From an uncultured Alphaproteobacteria bacterium (GTDB lineage: Bacteria > Pseudomonadota > Alphaproteobacteria > RUG11792): a stretch of DNA of 51,629 nucleotides. Location of the stretch: assembly GCA_958448685.1 (NCBI GenBank), contig CAUDEV010000001.1, forward strand, positions 1 through 51,629. Direction: 5' to 3'. The translations under genes were made by a program, and so were the position numbers. Position 1 is the first letter of the stretch. The number at the start of each line of letters is the position of its first letter. The notes under the pieces were generated by a model. The model made no database searches. It was not told the DNA's origin and saw only the letters and a program-made list of their open reading frames with translations. Below are positions 7,158-16,901 of the stretch, in pieces.

Positions 7158-10100
7158 AACCGGTTCCGAGTGTTCCATACGAAACTTTCTTTCTCGAATA
7201 TCTCTTGGATTTATTATAGGAAGTTCAATAACCCCTGAATATAATTCTTTTGTTTTATCATAGCTTCCTCTCGTTAGATTTGTTGGATATACAATCTTAT
7301 ACATGTTGTCAGATTCTGTTCCATATGTTCCCCCTAAAGAATAATATAATCTTGCAAATGCGGATTTCTGACTTCCTACACTTCCAACACTGCTTCCTCG
7401 AACATTTCCTCCACTTAAAGGCATCAATTCTAAAACTCCATTGTATTTATATCCTATATGTGCTTCCATATCATATACATCATTCTCAAAGGACAAAACA
7501 CCCGAAGCACTTACTGTATCATCCATGAGATAGTTTCCATCTAAAGCAACTGTTACTTTTTGTCCTGTAAGGTGTCCCAGTCCTACTAACTTATTGAAAT
7601 ACACATGCGCTATTCCGTTGTTTGGAACAGTTGTATCGTATACTCCCATATTTCTTGTATCGACAGGGTAATTTTCATCCCATATCTCATACTTAATTAA
7701 ACCTTGAGAGATAGAACTTGTATCTATATTTTTTACAAGGAATTTCTTCCCGTTAATTCCTTCCATTCCGACTACTCCATCTATATAGATATGTGCTAAG
7801 TCAAAAAATGTTTGTGTATATGTAGACTCAGAAATGCTCCTTAGAATCATTCCATCACTCAGCGCTAAAAATACTCTCTCATTTGCAACATAGCAACCAG
7901 ATATTTTCGAACCTATACTAATTGTTTGAAAATTATATTTTTGAGTAGAAGGGTCAAACAACAAAAGCTCTCCATTCTCAGACCAAAGAAGCAATTTGTT
8001 TTGATATATAGCTATTCCTTTCCAATCGCAAACATGATTGTTTTCTAAATATGTCCAGTTGTGAAAATATTCTTTAGGCCTCTCGTAGAACAGTCCTTCA
8101 TTCCCGACAATATAAACTTTGTCATTAAATATTATTCCGTCATTGACATTGCGAGATTCTCCGGGCAGGGTTCCAAGGTTTGTTTCCCCTCCGTCTTTAC
8201 TCCAGCATCCATATAATCCATTTGGTGTAAACCATTGTACCGTTCTATTTTCTGCATCTTCATTCACTAGAATAGCGGCTGTAACGTTATCTCTCGCATC
8301 GTCTTTTGAAACTTCAAAATATGCTGTATCTCGAGTTTCAATCTGAATAACTTTCCCTCCTGCTATAAAATAATAAAAATAAAAAGATCCTTCAACGAAT
8401 TCGTGTATAAATCCTATGTTCTTTTGAAATTTCCCTCCAAAAGGAATGGTTCGTTCCGGACGTTCATCATGTTTAAAACCAAACATACCTGAACTTGTAC
8501 AATATACCCCGGGCGAAAATGCCGATGCATCTAAGAGACATTGTATATCAGAATTTGATTCATATTGTCTTTTCCAAGTCGAAAAGTCTTTTGAAACATT
8601 ATATACAATTTTCCCTTGAGCTATACGATAATAATTACCATTATTACGAACCCCTGTGCAAATACCTGATTGCGGTATATCCTCAGAGTCCGGTATTTCA
8701 CTTAATGCAACAGCTTCTGCTATTGGCACATGCTGTGTTACTATAGCATTTCTTCCATGTTCTATTGTATATTTGTTTTCACTTTTGTATCTGTATATGG
8801 ATCCCCTGGTTTTAAAACTATCTGGAGTATATCCGGGATCTGTCCCATCTGCTCTTTTGATAATTATTCCAAACTCTGTCGTATACATACTAGCATCATT
8901 TGAATATACCTTAAGTGGTATATATTTTTCTTCTGTACTGTCTAAAGAATTTCCATCTTTGTCCTTGATTCCTGTGTCTCGCAAAATAATATTGTCTCCG
9001 TTTTCAAACAATGAACCGTCGCAAAGTAGTATTAACACATTATGATTTTCATTATAAAGAACTCCCGATATCTCTGTTTTGGAAATAGCTAAATTGCAGT
9101 TGTTAATTTTAATAATTTTCACATCTAAAGGCTTTTTCCTAAAAGATAGCCTTTTAATTCCGTCAATACTTTCGCTCTTCTCTATAATTTTTAAATCACA
9201 AAAAGAGACATAGTTTGTGATAGTTCCAGTATAAGATACAACTTGCCAAGTTCTGTCTGCATACAAATCGAATACAGTTTTTTGACTCTCCGTATCCAAC
9301 AATGCCAGTTGTATATACTGAGTGCGAGAGTTTTCATTTTGTTCTATTTGTTCAAATTCCCAATCTTTCACATCATTAATTTGCGGTGGTTGATATTGTG
9401 AGATATCCGCTAAATGATATTCATATTTCCTATCCAAGCCTGCATCTGCATAATGCTGTTGATATTGCTTCTTGTCAAGAGGCTCATATAATTTATCTAT
9501 ATATTCTACAAATCGTACGATTTCCCCATTGATATTTCTCCTTACAACCAAAAACACATAGTCATAGCCACCTATTTGAATTGTTGCTGCAGATTCTGCT
9601 GCGCTATTAACTCCACCTAATTCATGATAGCTCCAGGCCAAAACATTGTTCGATTTCTCATAGGTCATACTCGCAAGTGTGCCATCTTCGCAGACGACCC
9701 AATAGGTTTTAACAGGATATGAACTCCATGTTTGCGATATGCACGTACTATTTAATAACTCATTGGACAACAAACTTAAGTCATAGGTCTTGTATGTACC
9801 TGTTGTTTCATCAATCGCTATCTCATAGACATTCTTTGAAAGCGCATCTGTGAAAACTATAGTCGCATTAATATTCGTAGGTGCAAGTGTACTCGCATGT
9901 ACACTACTGAACTTTTTCAATGACATATTTGTAGAAGTTAACACTTCATCCTGATATGTCCCAGAACCTCCACTGATGTATATGCCTGTTGGGCTTCCAA
10001 CAAATAATTTGTCCTGTCCTATTATCCAATTGATTGTTCCGACATCATTATTCATTCTATATGAAATAGATGAATTTTCGTCAGAGCCCAATGTGAAATC

Positions 10101-10292
10101 GAATATATCATCAAATCTCACACAGCTTCCGTATATCACTAATTCTTTATCTGCCAAGAATAATCTGTTAGAAAGAATACCCGCAGCAATTGGCCATCCT
10201 CTGTTTGTTCCAAATGCCGGAACCGAAAAATGCGGAGTCGCTGGAGCTGGTACCTTGTCTATACTATCAAAAGAACTTACTCTTTCTCCCAT
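7107..10292 (-). CDS. large virion-associated protein (1061 aa) with a central beta-propeller-like region
   Basis: Uninterrupted 1061-aa ORF at the end of the structural block. No SD precedes its first ATG, and it overlaps the portal-like fragment in the +1 frame. Confidence 0.6.
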   Translation of the reverse strand: MGERVSSFDSIDKVPAPATPHFSVPAFGTNRGWPIAAGILSNRLFLADKELVIYGSCVRFDDIFDFTLGSDENSSISYRMNNDVGTINWIIGQDKLFVGSPTGIYISGGSGTYQDEVLTSTNMSLKKFSSVHASTLAPTNINATIVFTDALSKNVYEIAIDETTGTYKTYDLSLLSNELLNSTCISQTWSSYPVKTYWVVCEDGTLASMTYEKSNNVLAWSYHELGGVNSAAESAATIQIGGYDYVFLVVRRNINGEIVRFVEYIDKLYEPLDKKQYQQHYADAGLDRKYEYHLADISQYQPPQINDVKDWEFEQIEQNENSRTQYIQLALLDTESQKTVFDLYADRTWQVVSYTGTITNYVSFCDLKIIEKSESIDGIKRLSFRKKPLDVKIIKINNCNLAISKTEISGVLYNENHNVLILLCDGSLFENGDNIILRDTGIKDKDGNSLDSTEEKYIPLKVYSNDASMYTTEFGIIIKRADGTDPGYTPDSFKTRGSIYRYKSENKYTIEHGRNAIVTQHVPIAEAVALSEIPDSEDIPQSGICTGVRNNGNYYRIAQGKIVYNVSKDFSTWKRQYESNSDIQCLLDASAFSPGVYCTSSGMFGFKHDERPERTIPFGGKFQKNIGFIHEFVEGSFYFYYFIAGGKVIQIETRDTAYFEVSKDDARDNVTAAILVNEDAENRTVQWFTPNGLYGCWSKDGGETNLGTLPGESRNVNDGIIFNDKVYIVGNEGLFYERPKEYFHNWTYLENNHVCDWKGIAIYQNKLLLWSENGELLLFDPSTQKYNFQTISIGSKISGCYVANERVFLALSDGMILRSISESTYTQTFFDLAHIYIDGVVGMEGINGKKFLVKNIDTSSISQGLIKYEIWDENYPVDTRNMGVYDTTVPNNGIAHVYFNKLVGLGHLTGQKVTVALDGNYLMDDTVSASGVLSFENDVYDMEAHIGYKYNGVLELMPLSGGNVRGSSVGSVGSQKSAFARLYYSLGGTYGTESDNMYKIVYPTNLTRGSYDKTKELYSGVIELPIINPRDIRERKFRMEHSEPVSFNVLSITQDAEISDA

Positions 10293-10959
10293 GTAACTGT
10301 CGCATTTGCTCTGCTCCTATATTTTCTCCCCATAGACTATAGGCTTGTTCCGCGGTTAATGAATATTTCCTCGCGATATATTCTATTTGATCGTATGCCC
10401 CTGTATCTATGAATATGTCATTCAAACTTATGCAGTTGAAATATATATCTCCGGTGTCATTCCTTATGCTTACGTGTCTACATGCTGTCCCCAGTGTGAA
10501 CCAATCCCTGTGGAACATAAAAGAGGAGGGGTAAAAATTACTCTTCGGGTCATTGAATAAATCATATAAACAATTTTCACATTCTTGTAACCAACTCTCC
10601 ACTATAGGATTATCCGCAAAACTTACTTGCTGTCCGTCTATTAACATTGTTGGACTTTTCCTGAATGCTAATCCTATCCACTTCACCATTGGGTCTGTTA
10701 TTTGACTATGCAACATTGAGATTGCTTTCGTAATTTTCCCTGTGATTGCAGAACAATGATTTCCTATCTTTTCCGTTGAAGTTCCTTTCGTGATATCAGA
10801 TTTGGAACTATAGTCCCTCATATTTGGGTATGTCATATCCTGAATCTTCTGCCATTTCTGTTTCCATGGCTGTTTCTTTCCCTCCATATCCGAAAATCTC
10901 TTTAAGAGCCTTTGTACATCTAGAAAATTTCCGTATACGTTTTGCACTAAATCGTTCAT
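10267..10959 (-). pseudogene. N-terminal fragment resembling a podovirus head-to-tail connector (portal)
   Basis: 230 aa whose pattern of conserved W/P/hydrophobic blocks resembles the first third of T7 gp8-like portals. It ends prematurely, and the expected ~300 further residues are absent. Confidence 0.35.
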
Positions 10960-10962
10960 ATA

Positions 10963-11769
10963 CTATTTCCTCGCTTTCTTCTTGTTAGATGGAGACAAAG
11001 CATCTAAAAACAAATCAGGGACATCTGAATTTTCAGTCCCGGTATTAAGATAACGGAACCAACCATTTGGTCCATAAGAAATGCGACTCTTCACATATCT
11101 TCCTCCACTGTTTGCAAATACTCTTGCTCCTTTGCTTTGTCCATCTTTTCCAAATCCTACAAAATGCAAATTAGCTCCTCGTCCCGCTTCATATATCGCT
11201 ATCCTTCGTCTCAGATTAGATTGCAATACTTCCGCTTCTTGCTTTCGTTTCGATTCCTCTAACTTCCTTGCAGATATTTGGCTTTCATAGTCTGCTTTCT
11301 GCTTAGCAATCTCTAACCTGACTCCTGATAATTCTTTTGCTTGTCGTTCAAAATTTTCCGAAAATTGTGCTAATCTTGCTTCATAATCCTTAGACCTTCT
11401 TACATGCTCCTCTTCTCTTTGCGCTAATTCTGTTTGATGAGCACGTGTTAAATCTGTCCTTATATTACCCGCTTGTCTCTCGAAATCATTCAAAAGTTGT
11501 CTTCTTGTTGTTTCTGATTCTGCTTTTTGGTCTGCTAGTGCTCTATTGAACTCTTCTGTTTTAAACTTTAGTGCTTCTTCATATGATGCTTTAGCTGCTG
11601 CAGCTTGCGCCTGTTTCCTCAGCTCTTCTTGTCTCTTCGCCTCGGCTTCTGCAGCGGCCTTTCGCGCTTGTTCCGCTTGGTAGGCATTAATTCCTGCTAC
11701 TCCTGCGCTGATTTGGTTATACCATTCTTTACTTTCTTTTTGATATCGTACATGTTGTCTAATATTTTC
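10963..11769 (-). CDS. coiled-coil protein, possibly scaffold-like, with no canonical start for its first 92 codons
   Basis: The reading frame is open from directly after the TAG at 11770-11772 (ENIRQHVRYQKESKEWYNQISAGVAGINAYQAEQARKAAAEAEAKRQEEL...). The first ATG/GTG/TTG is the TTG at 11493. Confidence 0.6.
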   Translation of the reverse strand, partial: ENIRQHVRYQKESKEWYNQISAGVAGINAYQAEQARKAAAEAEAKRQEELRKQAQAAAAKASYEEALKFKTEEFNRALADQKAESETTRRQLLNDFERQAGNIRTDLTRAHQTELAQREEEHVRRSKDYEARLAQFSENFERQAKELSGVRLEIAKQKADYESQISARKLEESKRKQEAEVLQSNLRRRIAIYEAGRGANLHFVGFGKDGQSKGARVFANSGGRYVKSRISYGPNGWFRYLNTGTENSDVPDLFLDALSPSNKKKARK

Positions 11770-12315
11770 CTACCAATTCCTGGATGAATGTCCATCTCCT
11801 TTTATTTTTCTCCTATACTGCAAGTCAATAGGAATAGCAAAAGCATATTTCCTATTTGGAGTATCTTTATATCGGTTAATTTCCTCTGGATAATACATAT
11901 GTAATGGATATTCCTGCTTTAAAGTTCCTGATTCGTATGCTAGCCCTCCAATAATTTTATCTGGGACATCTCCTATAAAACCACGCTCTCCATTAGGTAT
12001 CTGAAGAGCTGAAAGATTAGTATTAATCACTTTTTGATATTTAGCTCTACTAGTAGCTGAACTCATATTCATCATATGCATAAATTCTCTATTTCTCATA
12101 AAGTTTTCTCGCATTAGATTTCTTTTTACCTGCTCAACAAAATACGATTCTTCCAGTGTTAAAGGTACGGACGTTTGTTTTAGTCTATCTAATAAAGGCT
12201 TATAGTTTATATTCGCAATTCCACCATATAACTGCATAACATATGGTCTATCTTTCTTTAGTTTCTCATACTCTAATGCACTTAATCCTTCTGCAAACGG
12301 TACTCCTTTAGGCAT
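11770..12315 (-). CDS. hypothetical virion-module protein (181 aa)
   Basis: SD AAGGAG upstream of the ATG at 12315. Its TAG stop is in frame with the downstream coiled-coil ORF. Confidence 0.6.
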   Translation of the reverse strand: MPKGVPFAEGLSALEYEKLKKDRPYVMQLYGGIANINYKPLLDRLKQTSVPLTLEESYFVEQVKRNLMRENFMRNREFMHMMNMSSATSRAKYQKVINTNLSALQIPNGERGFIGDVPDKIIGGLAYESGTLKQEYPLHMYYPEEINRYKDTPNRKYAFAIPIDLQYRRKIKGDGHSSRNW

Positions 12316-12328
12316 AATTACACTCCTT

Positions 12329-12790
12329 TCAACTTATCTTCTGTAATATTCTTGTTAATACGTTTTCAATGCTCCCTATTGCTACCGCTCCTCTATAATT
12401 ATTTCCGGATACTGCAACATACTTATTCTCTCCATAGCACACGCTATACCAATCTGAAGAACTTGGTAGTGTAATTGTCTTCCAGTTAACTCCATCATAG
12501 CTATATGCTGCTGTACTTGTATCGTAGCGTATTGCTACAAACTTCCCACCTCCATAGCATATACTCCTCCAATAACCGGAACTTGGTATGTAGTACCAAT
12601 CCAATTAATTCCGTCACTACTGTATGCTGCTGTATTTGTATCCCATGTCGCTGCCACAAACTTCCCTCCTCCATAGCACACACCTCCAATTTGCAGAAAC
12701 AGGCAGTGTACTTTCTGTCCAATTGATTCCATCATAGCTATACGCAGTTTTATTTGTGTTATAGCCTAATGCTATAAATTTATTCCCATC
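12329..12790 (-). repeat. tandem ~120-nt coding repeats (Asp-box-like S.DG..W units)
   Basis: The anchor ccatagca recurs at 12432, 12552 and 12671, giving spacings of 120 and 119 nt. Confidence 0.75.
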
Positions 12791-13753
12791 ATAAAATACA
12801 TAATAGCTATACATGGAATTCGGAAATGTAAAAAATGACCAATTTTCCACATCCGGAAAATCAGAGTACGGCCATCCAGAATTAGAAAAATTTACAACCT
12901 TATCTAGGGCTTGGCGACATTTTCCTTCCACATTTATTATATTTTCTAAAGATTTCTGAGAATTCGTAAAACTATTTTGAGCAATAATTTTTGCATCAAT
13001 TGCATTGGTTTTTGCATCATCTGCTATGCTTTTCGCTTCATTAATCCCTGTTTGGTCCACAGAAATCTTCCCTTCCTCCGCTAAAATAAAACCTTCCCCA
13101 ACCTTTATAATCCCAGACCTTGCCTCTCCCGCATATGGTACTTCTATCTTTCCAACATCATTCACTTCTAATGTGCTTCCTACCATTATCGTTCCAAGAG
13201 ATGTCTTCGTCGCCGGATATATTACCCCTCCTTCTACTCTGTCATATATCCTCGGTAATCCATCTTCCCCAAACCCTAAAATTTTGTTTACTCTTTCCTC
13301 CTTACTCGGTAATTCATAGGATTCGCTATTCTCTAATTTTTCATCACTCGGTGCCCTCAACGTATAGTTCTTAAAATTCATGTCCTGTACAAGGCTCGTC
13401 AATTTGTCCAGTGCATACTCCGTAGTCGATGAATACAATGTGTCACTCGTAAAATTCACATCCTGGTCGTTCTCTATTTTCCGTTCAATAGTTATGCTCT
13501 CTACCTCTTCTATATCTTTAAGTATGACTATCCTGCCATAAATGTTGTTTTTCCCATCTGTTAACTCTAAGGAGTAATCCGTATCCATTATTAAATCTTT
13601 TTTTGCAGATTCGATATTTCTATACCAAACAGAAACATATTTTTCGTTGTTTAAAAACGGAAATGTTATACTAAAAAACACTCCGGAAAGAAGATTCCTC
13701 GCAGGAATAATATATTTTACACTCGCTATTGAATTCCTCGCACTGATTGTCAT
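12329..13753 (-). pseudogene. tail fibre / receptor-binding protein with C-terminal ~40-aa repeats, broken by two frameshifts
   Basis: The N-terminal region is fibre-like (ITIERKIENDQDVNFTSDTLYSSTTEYALDKLTSLVQD...RAPSDE). The C-terminus repeats W.S(V/I)CYGGGKFVA...TAAYS(Y)DG(I/V)NW across three reading frames (ORFs 12617-13753, 12535-12735, 12329-12604). Confidence 0.65.
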
Positions 13754-14097
13754 CTCTTCGCTCTCCTTTCTCCAGATACTCCTTCTGCTAATCTTTTTTT
13801 TGCTTCTTTTGTATATGGAAGATTTCCAACCACTGGAATCGCTGACAATGCTTTATTTGCCTGTTTATACGTCAAATCCCCGTTATAAAGACTAAAAATC
13901 CCTCCTATCAAGCTGCAAATATAATCTCCATATTTTAAAAGTGGTATATTGTTCTTGATTACTCGTCCTGAATCCCTATATTTTACCGCATTTGCTATCC
14001 CTTCAAAACTTCCCGCATGTATTCCGATAGTCCCTGCTATATCGTCTAATCCTCGACTAAATACATTTTTTTTCGAACCGTTCTCTCTCTTCTTCAT
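13750..14097 (-). CDS. hypothetical virion protein, or the C-terminal part of the upstream 400-aa protein
   Basis: It has its own ATG at 14097, but it is also reachable from the upstream frame by a 1-nt change in the A8 tract (T8 on the plus strand, 14066-14073). Confidence 0.45.
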   Translation of the reverse strand: MKKRENGSKKNVFSRGLDDIAGTIGIHAGSFEGIANAVKYRDSGRVIKNNIPLLKYGDYICSLIGGIFSLYNGDLTYKQANKALSAIPVVGNLPYTKEAKKRLAEGVSGERRAKR

Positions 14098-15259
14098 CTG
14101 ATAAATCATATGGCTCACCATTTGCAATCCCTCGAATAGACTCACTTATCGCTTGCATCATGGTTACACTCAAAACGGATGATGCAATAAGCCCCTTTTT
14201 TATATTCCCTTTCAATATAGGGTATAAATAGTTCGAACTATTCGCAAATGACCATGATTTCAATGCAAAAAACAACTTTCCTAATTCGTTATATGCAATG
14301 CTTGGCACATCTGCTAATGTCGGTTTGTTCATCACTCTGTTCACATTTTTGTATACGAGTTCTTCTATCTCTTCTGAAAATTCTTTCTTCTGTATCATCT
14401 CAGCAATGGATTTTGCATACTTTGGATTTTTCTGTAAATCCTTCAATACAATCCATGCCATCGTTCTCCTTAATGTCTCATCTAACCACCTAGAACCAGA
14501 AAGTTGATATGTTAGATTCGATAGCTTCCTTGTAGCAAAGGCGCTTCTTTCTCCTATTGTCGCCTTTGATGGACCATAGAACAATTCTCCGTTCCTCGTA
14601 GGTAAAATCCTCAATTGCGCATTAATTCTTGTTTCTTCAAATCCCAAAACTAAAGAATCCAGTATTTGCCTTCTCTCACTTTCAGGCAATTTCAAAATAC
14701 CTCTTAATCCATTGTTGATTGAATCTACCAATCCTCCCCCAACGTTTCTTAAAACTTTTCCAAGCCCACATCTTAAAATCATTCCTTTGATGTCGCTTAA
14801 TGAGTTAAGTCCAGCTACTCCTAAAAATGCTGAATACATGCAATTTGTAGCACTTTCTATCGCTTCCTGCGCTTTCTTGCTTTCGAGTAGATTCTCTCTT
14901 GTGATATACCTGTTCCTGATTATTGTTTCTGTTTGTTCTAACAGTTTTCTCGTTTGCTCTTGTTCATGAAGAAGCTTTTCTTTTTCTTCCCCACGAAGTG
15001 CTGCGGCCTTTTCCTCGTAATCGCTCATGATATCTTTTGTTAAGCTCTCCCAGTCCTTATATCTCGCATCATGTATACTCTTTTCAAACTCTAACTCTGC
15101 TTTTTCTCTCCTTAGAAAATCATACAATTCTGCTAATGGATCTTTCGAATAGAACTTGTATAATGCTCTATCATCCACTCGAATAGTCCTTCTTTCTGGG
15201 CTGCTCTTTCCTTTTCCCGATCCACGATAACTAGTTAAATGATATATCTGCTTGTTCAC
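14057..15259 (-). CDS. internal-virion-like protein (400 aa, helical/coiled-coil N-terminal half)
   Basis: ORF-track ORF with a GTG start, in the block of large virion genes. Confidence 0.55.
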   Translation of the reverse strand: MNKQIYHLTSYRGSGKGKSSPERRTIRVDDRALYKFYSKDPLAELYDFLRREKAELEFEKSIHDARYKDWESLTKDIMSDYEEKAAALRGEEKEKLLHEQEQTRKLLEQTETIIRNRYITRENLLESKKAQEAIESATNCMYSAFLGVAGLNSLSDIKGMILRCGLGKVLRNVGGGLVDSINNGLRGILKLPESERRQILDSLVLGFEETRINAQLRILPTRNGELFYGPSKATIGERSAFATRKLSNLTYQLSGSRWLDETLRRTMAWIVLKDLQKNPKYAKSIAEMIQKKEFSEEIEELVYKNVNRVMNKPTLADVPSIAYNELGKLFFALKSWSFANSSNYLYPILKGNIKKGLIASSVLSVTMMQAISESIRGIANGEPYDLSDEEERERFEKKCI

Positions 15260-16901
15260 CGCTTTTTAGATCACTGCTTGCGGCATATTCCTTCAAAGCT
15301 TCCGGCGTAATTGCATCTCCAAGTTCACGAGCTCTAGTATTAATCAATCCTTGCTTCGCTAGTTCTCGTAATTCTTCTTCATTTTCTATGATTGCTTTTT
15401 TGTTCCATGTTCTTGGTACGTATCTCGGCTTGCTTCCTTGTATTCCGCTCTTTTGCCTCTCAATTATTTTTTCTATCGAAAAATTCTTTCCTGTTTCTTC
15501 ATATGGCAAAAAGCTCTCTTCCAGCTCTAAGGTTTCTCCTGTCACTTCTTTCCTTAATTTTGAAAGATCTTCTAGTTTCTTTTCCAGCCTACCAACTATT
15601 CCTGAAATCTTTTCTCTATGCGGTAGGTCCGCTGGCAAAACTTCCTCTCCTCCATAAAAGGCTCTTGCGAACCATTCTCTTGAAGTCGTCCCATCATATG
15701 CCTTCACGTCTTTGTTAATTTCATTTAATGTTTTGAGCGAATTTTTGAACTCTAAGGCGTTCTTCTCGTTGTATATGTTAACTCTAAATTCTAGTGGTCT
15801 TAATTCTGCCCCAGGTACCCATTCATCATTCAATACAAATAACTCTCTTGTTAGATTACTTGTTTTCTCATTTTTCGAAAACAACATCATGTATGGATGT
15901 GTCTTGGTTAATGGTGATTTAGTTGCAAGAACTTCAACCGTTTTGGCCCCTATGCCACCTTGCAAAAGAATGTTTTTCCATTCGTTTTCCATTTCATCCA
16001 GGACCAATTTCTTTCCATCTGCTGCGGATGCTCTTGCCATCACATCATTTGCAATCCTATTAATGATAGCTTTTCCTCCATGTACAGCCCCTACAAATAC
16101 TCCACCAGTAAGCGCATATACTCCAGCTCTTGCTATTGCCTCTTGCCCACTGATATCATATCCCGCCGCATACTCAGCTCTTCCTAGCGCTGCTCCAACT
16201 CCTGATGCCTTCACTATATCTTTCAAGACTTCTGATCCCAAAGGTGATAGTATCTTGTTGATTCCATCTGTCAGAGTCATTCCTTTCGCAATCTTGGTAG
16301 CTCCGCCTATTGCTCCAGCAGCTTTCCCCACTACTGGAAACATTGCAAATTCTAGCATTTCCGGCACTGTGCGAAATATACCGTCATTTTCATTTAGTAG
16401 TTGAATGTCTTCTCTTTCTCTCTCTACACCTTCTTTAATATATTCATATTCTCTGAGACTTGTCACTCCATCATATAGCTCTCTGTCATATTCAGAAATT
16501 CCATCTTCTTTCATTTTAGTTTCTAAATCAAATGGTTCATTATCTTCTTTCTCAAAAATTCCTGAAATCCAATATTTCGCTTTCCTTGCTCCAGCATATA
16601 TCCAGTTAGTTAATGGAGATTCCGTCCTAAAATATGCACCTGTAGCTTCTCCTGTTTTCTCATATGTGTTCGCGTATTCTTCCGCTTCTTCTTCACTCTC
16701 AGGAGCAATGAATCTTCCAATATCCTCGTATCCTATACTATTTCTAGTCTGTCGTTTCGCCCATTCTGTATCTAGATTATTTTCTGATAATGATAATTTC
16801 TCTTTTTCAAGTTTCAGTCTTTCTGATTCTTCTCTTTCCTCTTCTTCCTCCAAATCAAGGAGCTCTAATTCTTCATCAAGGGTCAGTCCGTTATTTTCCA
16901 T
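15231..16901 (-). CDS. internal-virion-like protein (556 aa, acidic N-terminus, Gly/Ala-rich hydrophobic centre)
   Basis: ORF-track ORF. The central segment FPVVGKAAGAIGGATKIAKG...GVYALTGGVFVGAVHGG is membrane-like. Confidence 0.55.
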   Translation of the reverse strand: MENNGLTLDEELELLDLEEEEEREESERLKLEKEKLSLSENNLDTEWAKRQTRNSIGYEDIGRFIAPESEEEAEEYANTYEKTGEATGAYFRTESPLTNWIYAGARKAKYWISGIFEKEDNEPFDLETKMKEDGISEYDRELYDGVTSLREYEYIKEGVEREREDIQLLNENDGIFRTVPEMLEFAMFPVVGKAAGAIGGATKIAKGMTLTDGINKILSPLGSEVLKDIVKASGVGAALGRAEYAAGYDISGQEAIARAGVYALTGGVFVGAVHGGKAIINRIANDVMARASAADGKKLVLDEMENEWKNILLQGGIGAKTVEVLATKSPLTKTHPYMMLFSKNEKTSNLTRELFVLNDEWVPGAELRPLEFRVNIYNEKNALEFKNSLKTLNEINKDVKAYDGTTSREWFARAFYGGEEVLPADLPHREKISGIVGRLEKKLEDLSKLRKEVTGETLELEESFLPYEETGKNFSIEKIIERQKSGIQGSKPRYVPRTWNKKAIIENEEELRELAKQGLINTRARELGDAITPEALKEYAASSDLKSGEQADISFN

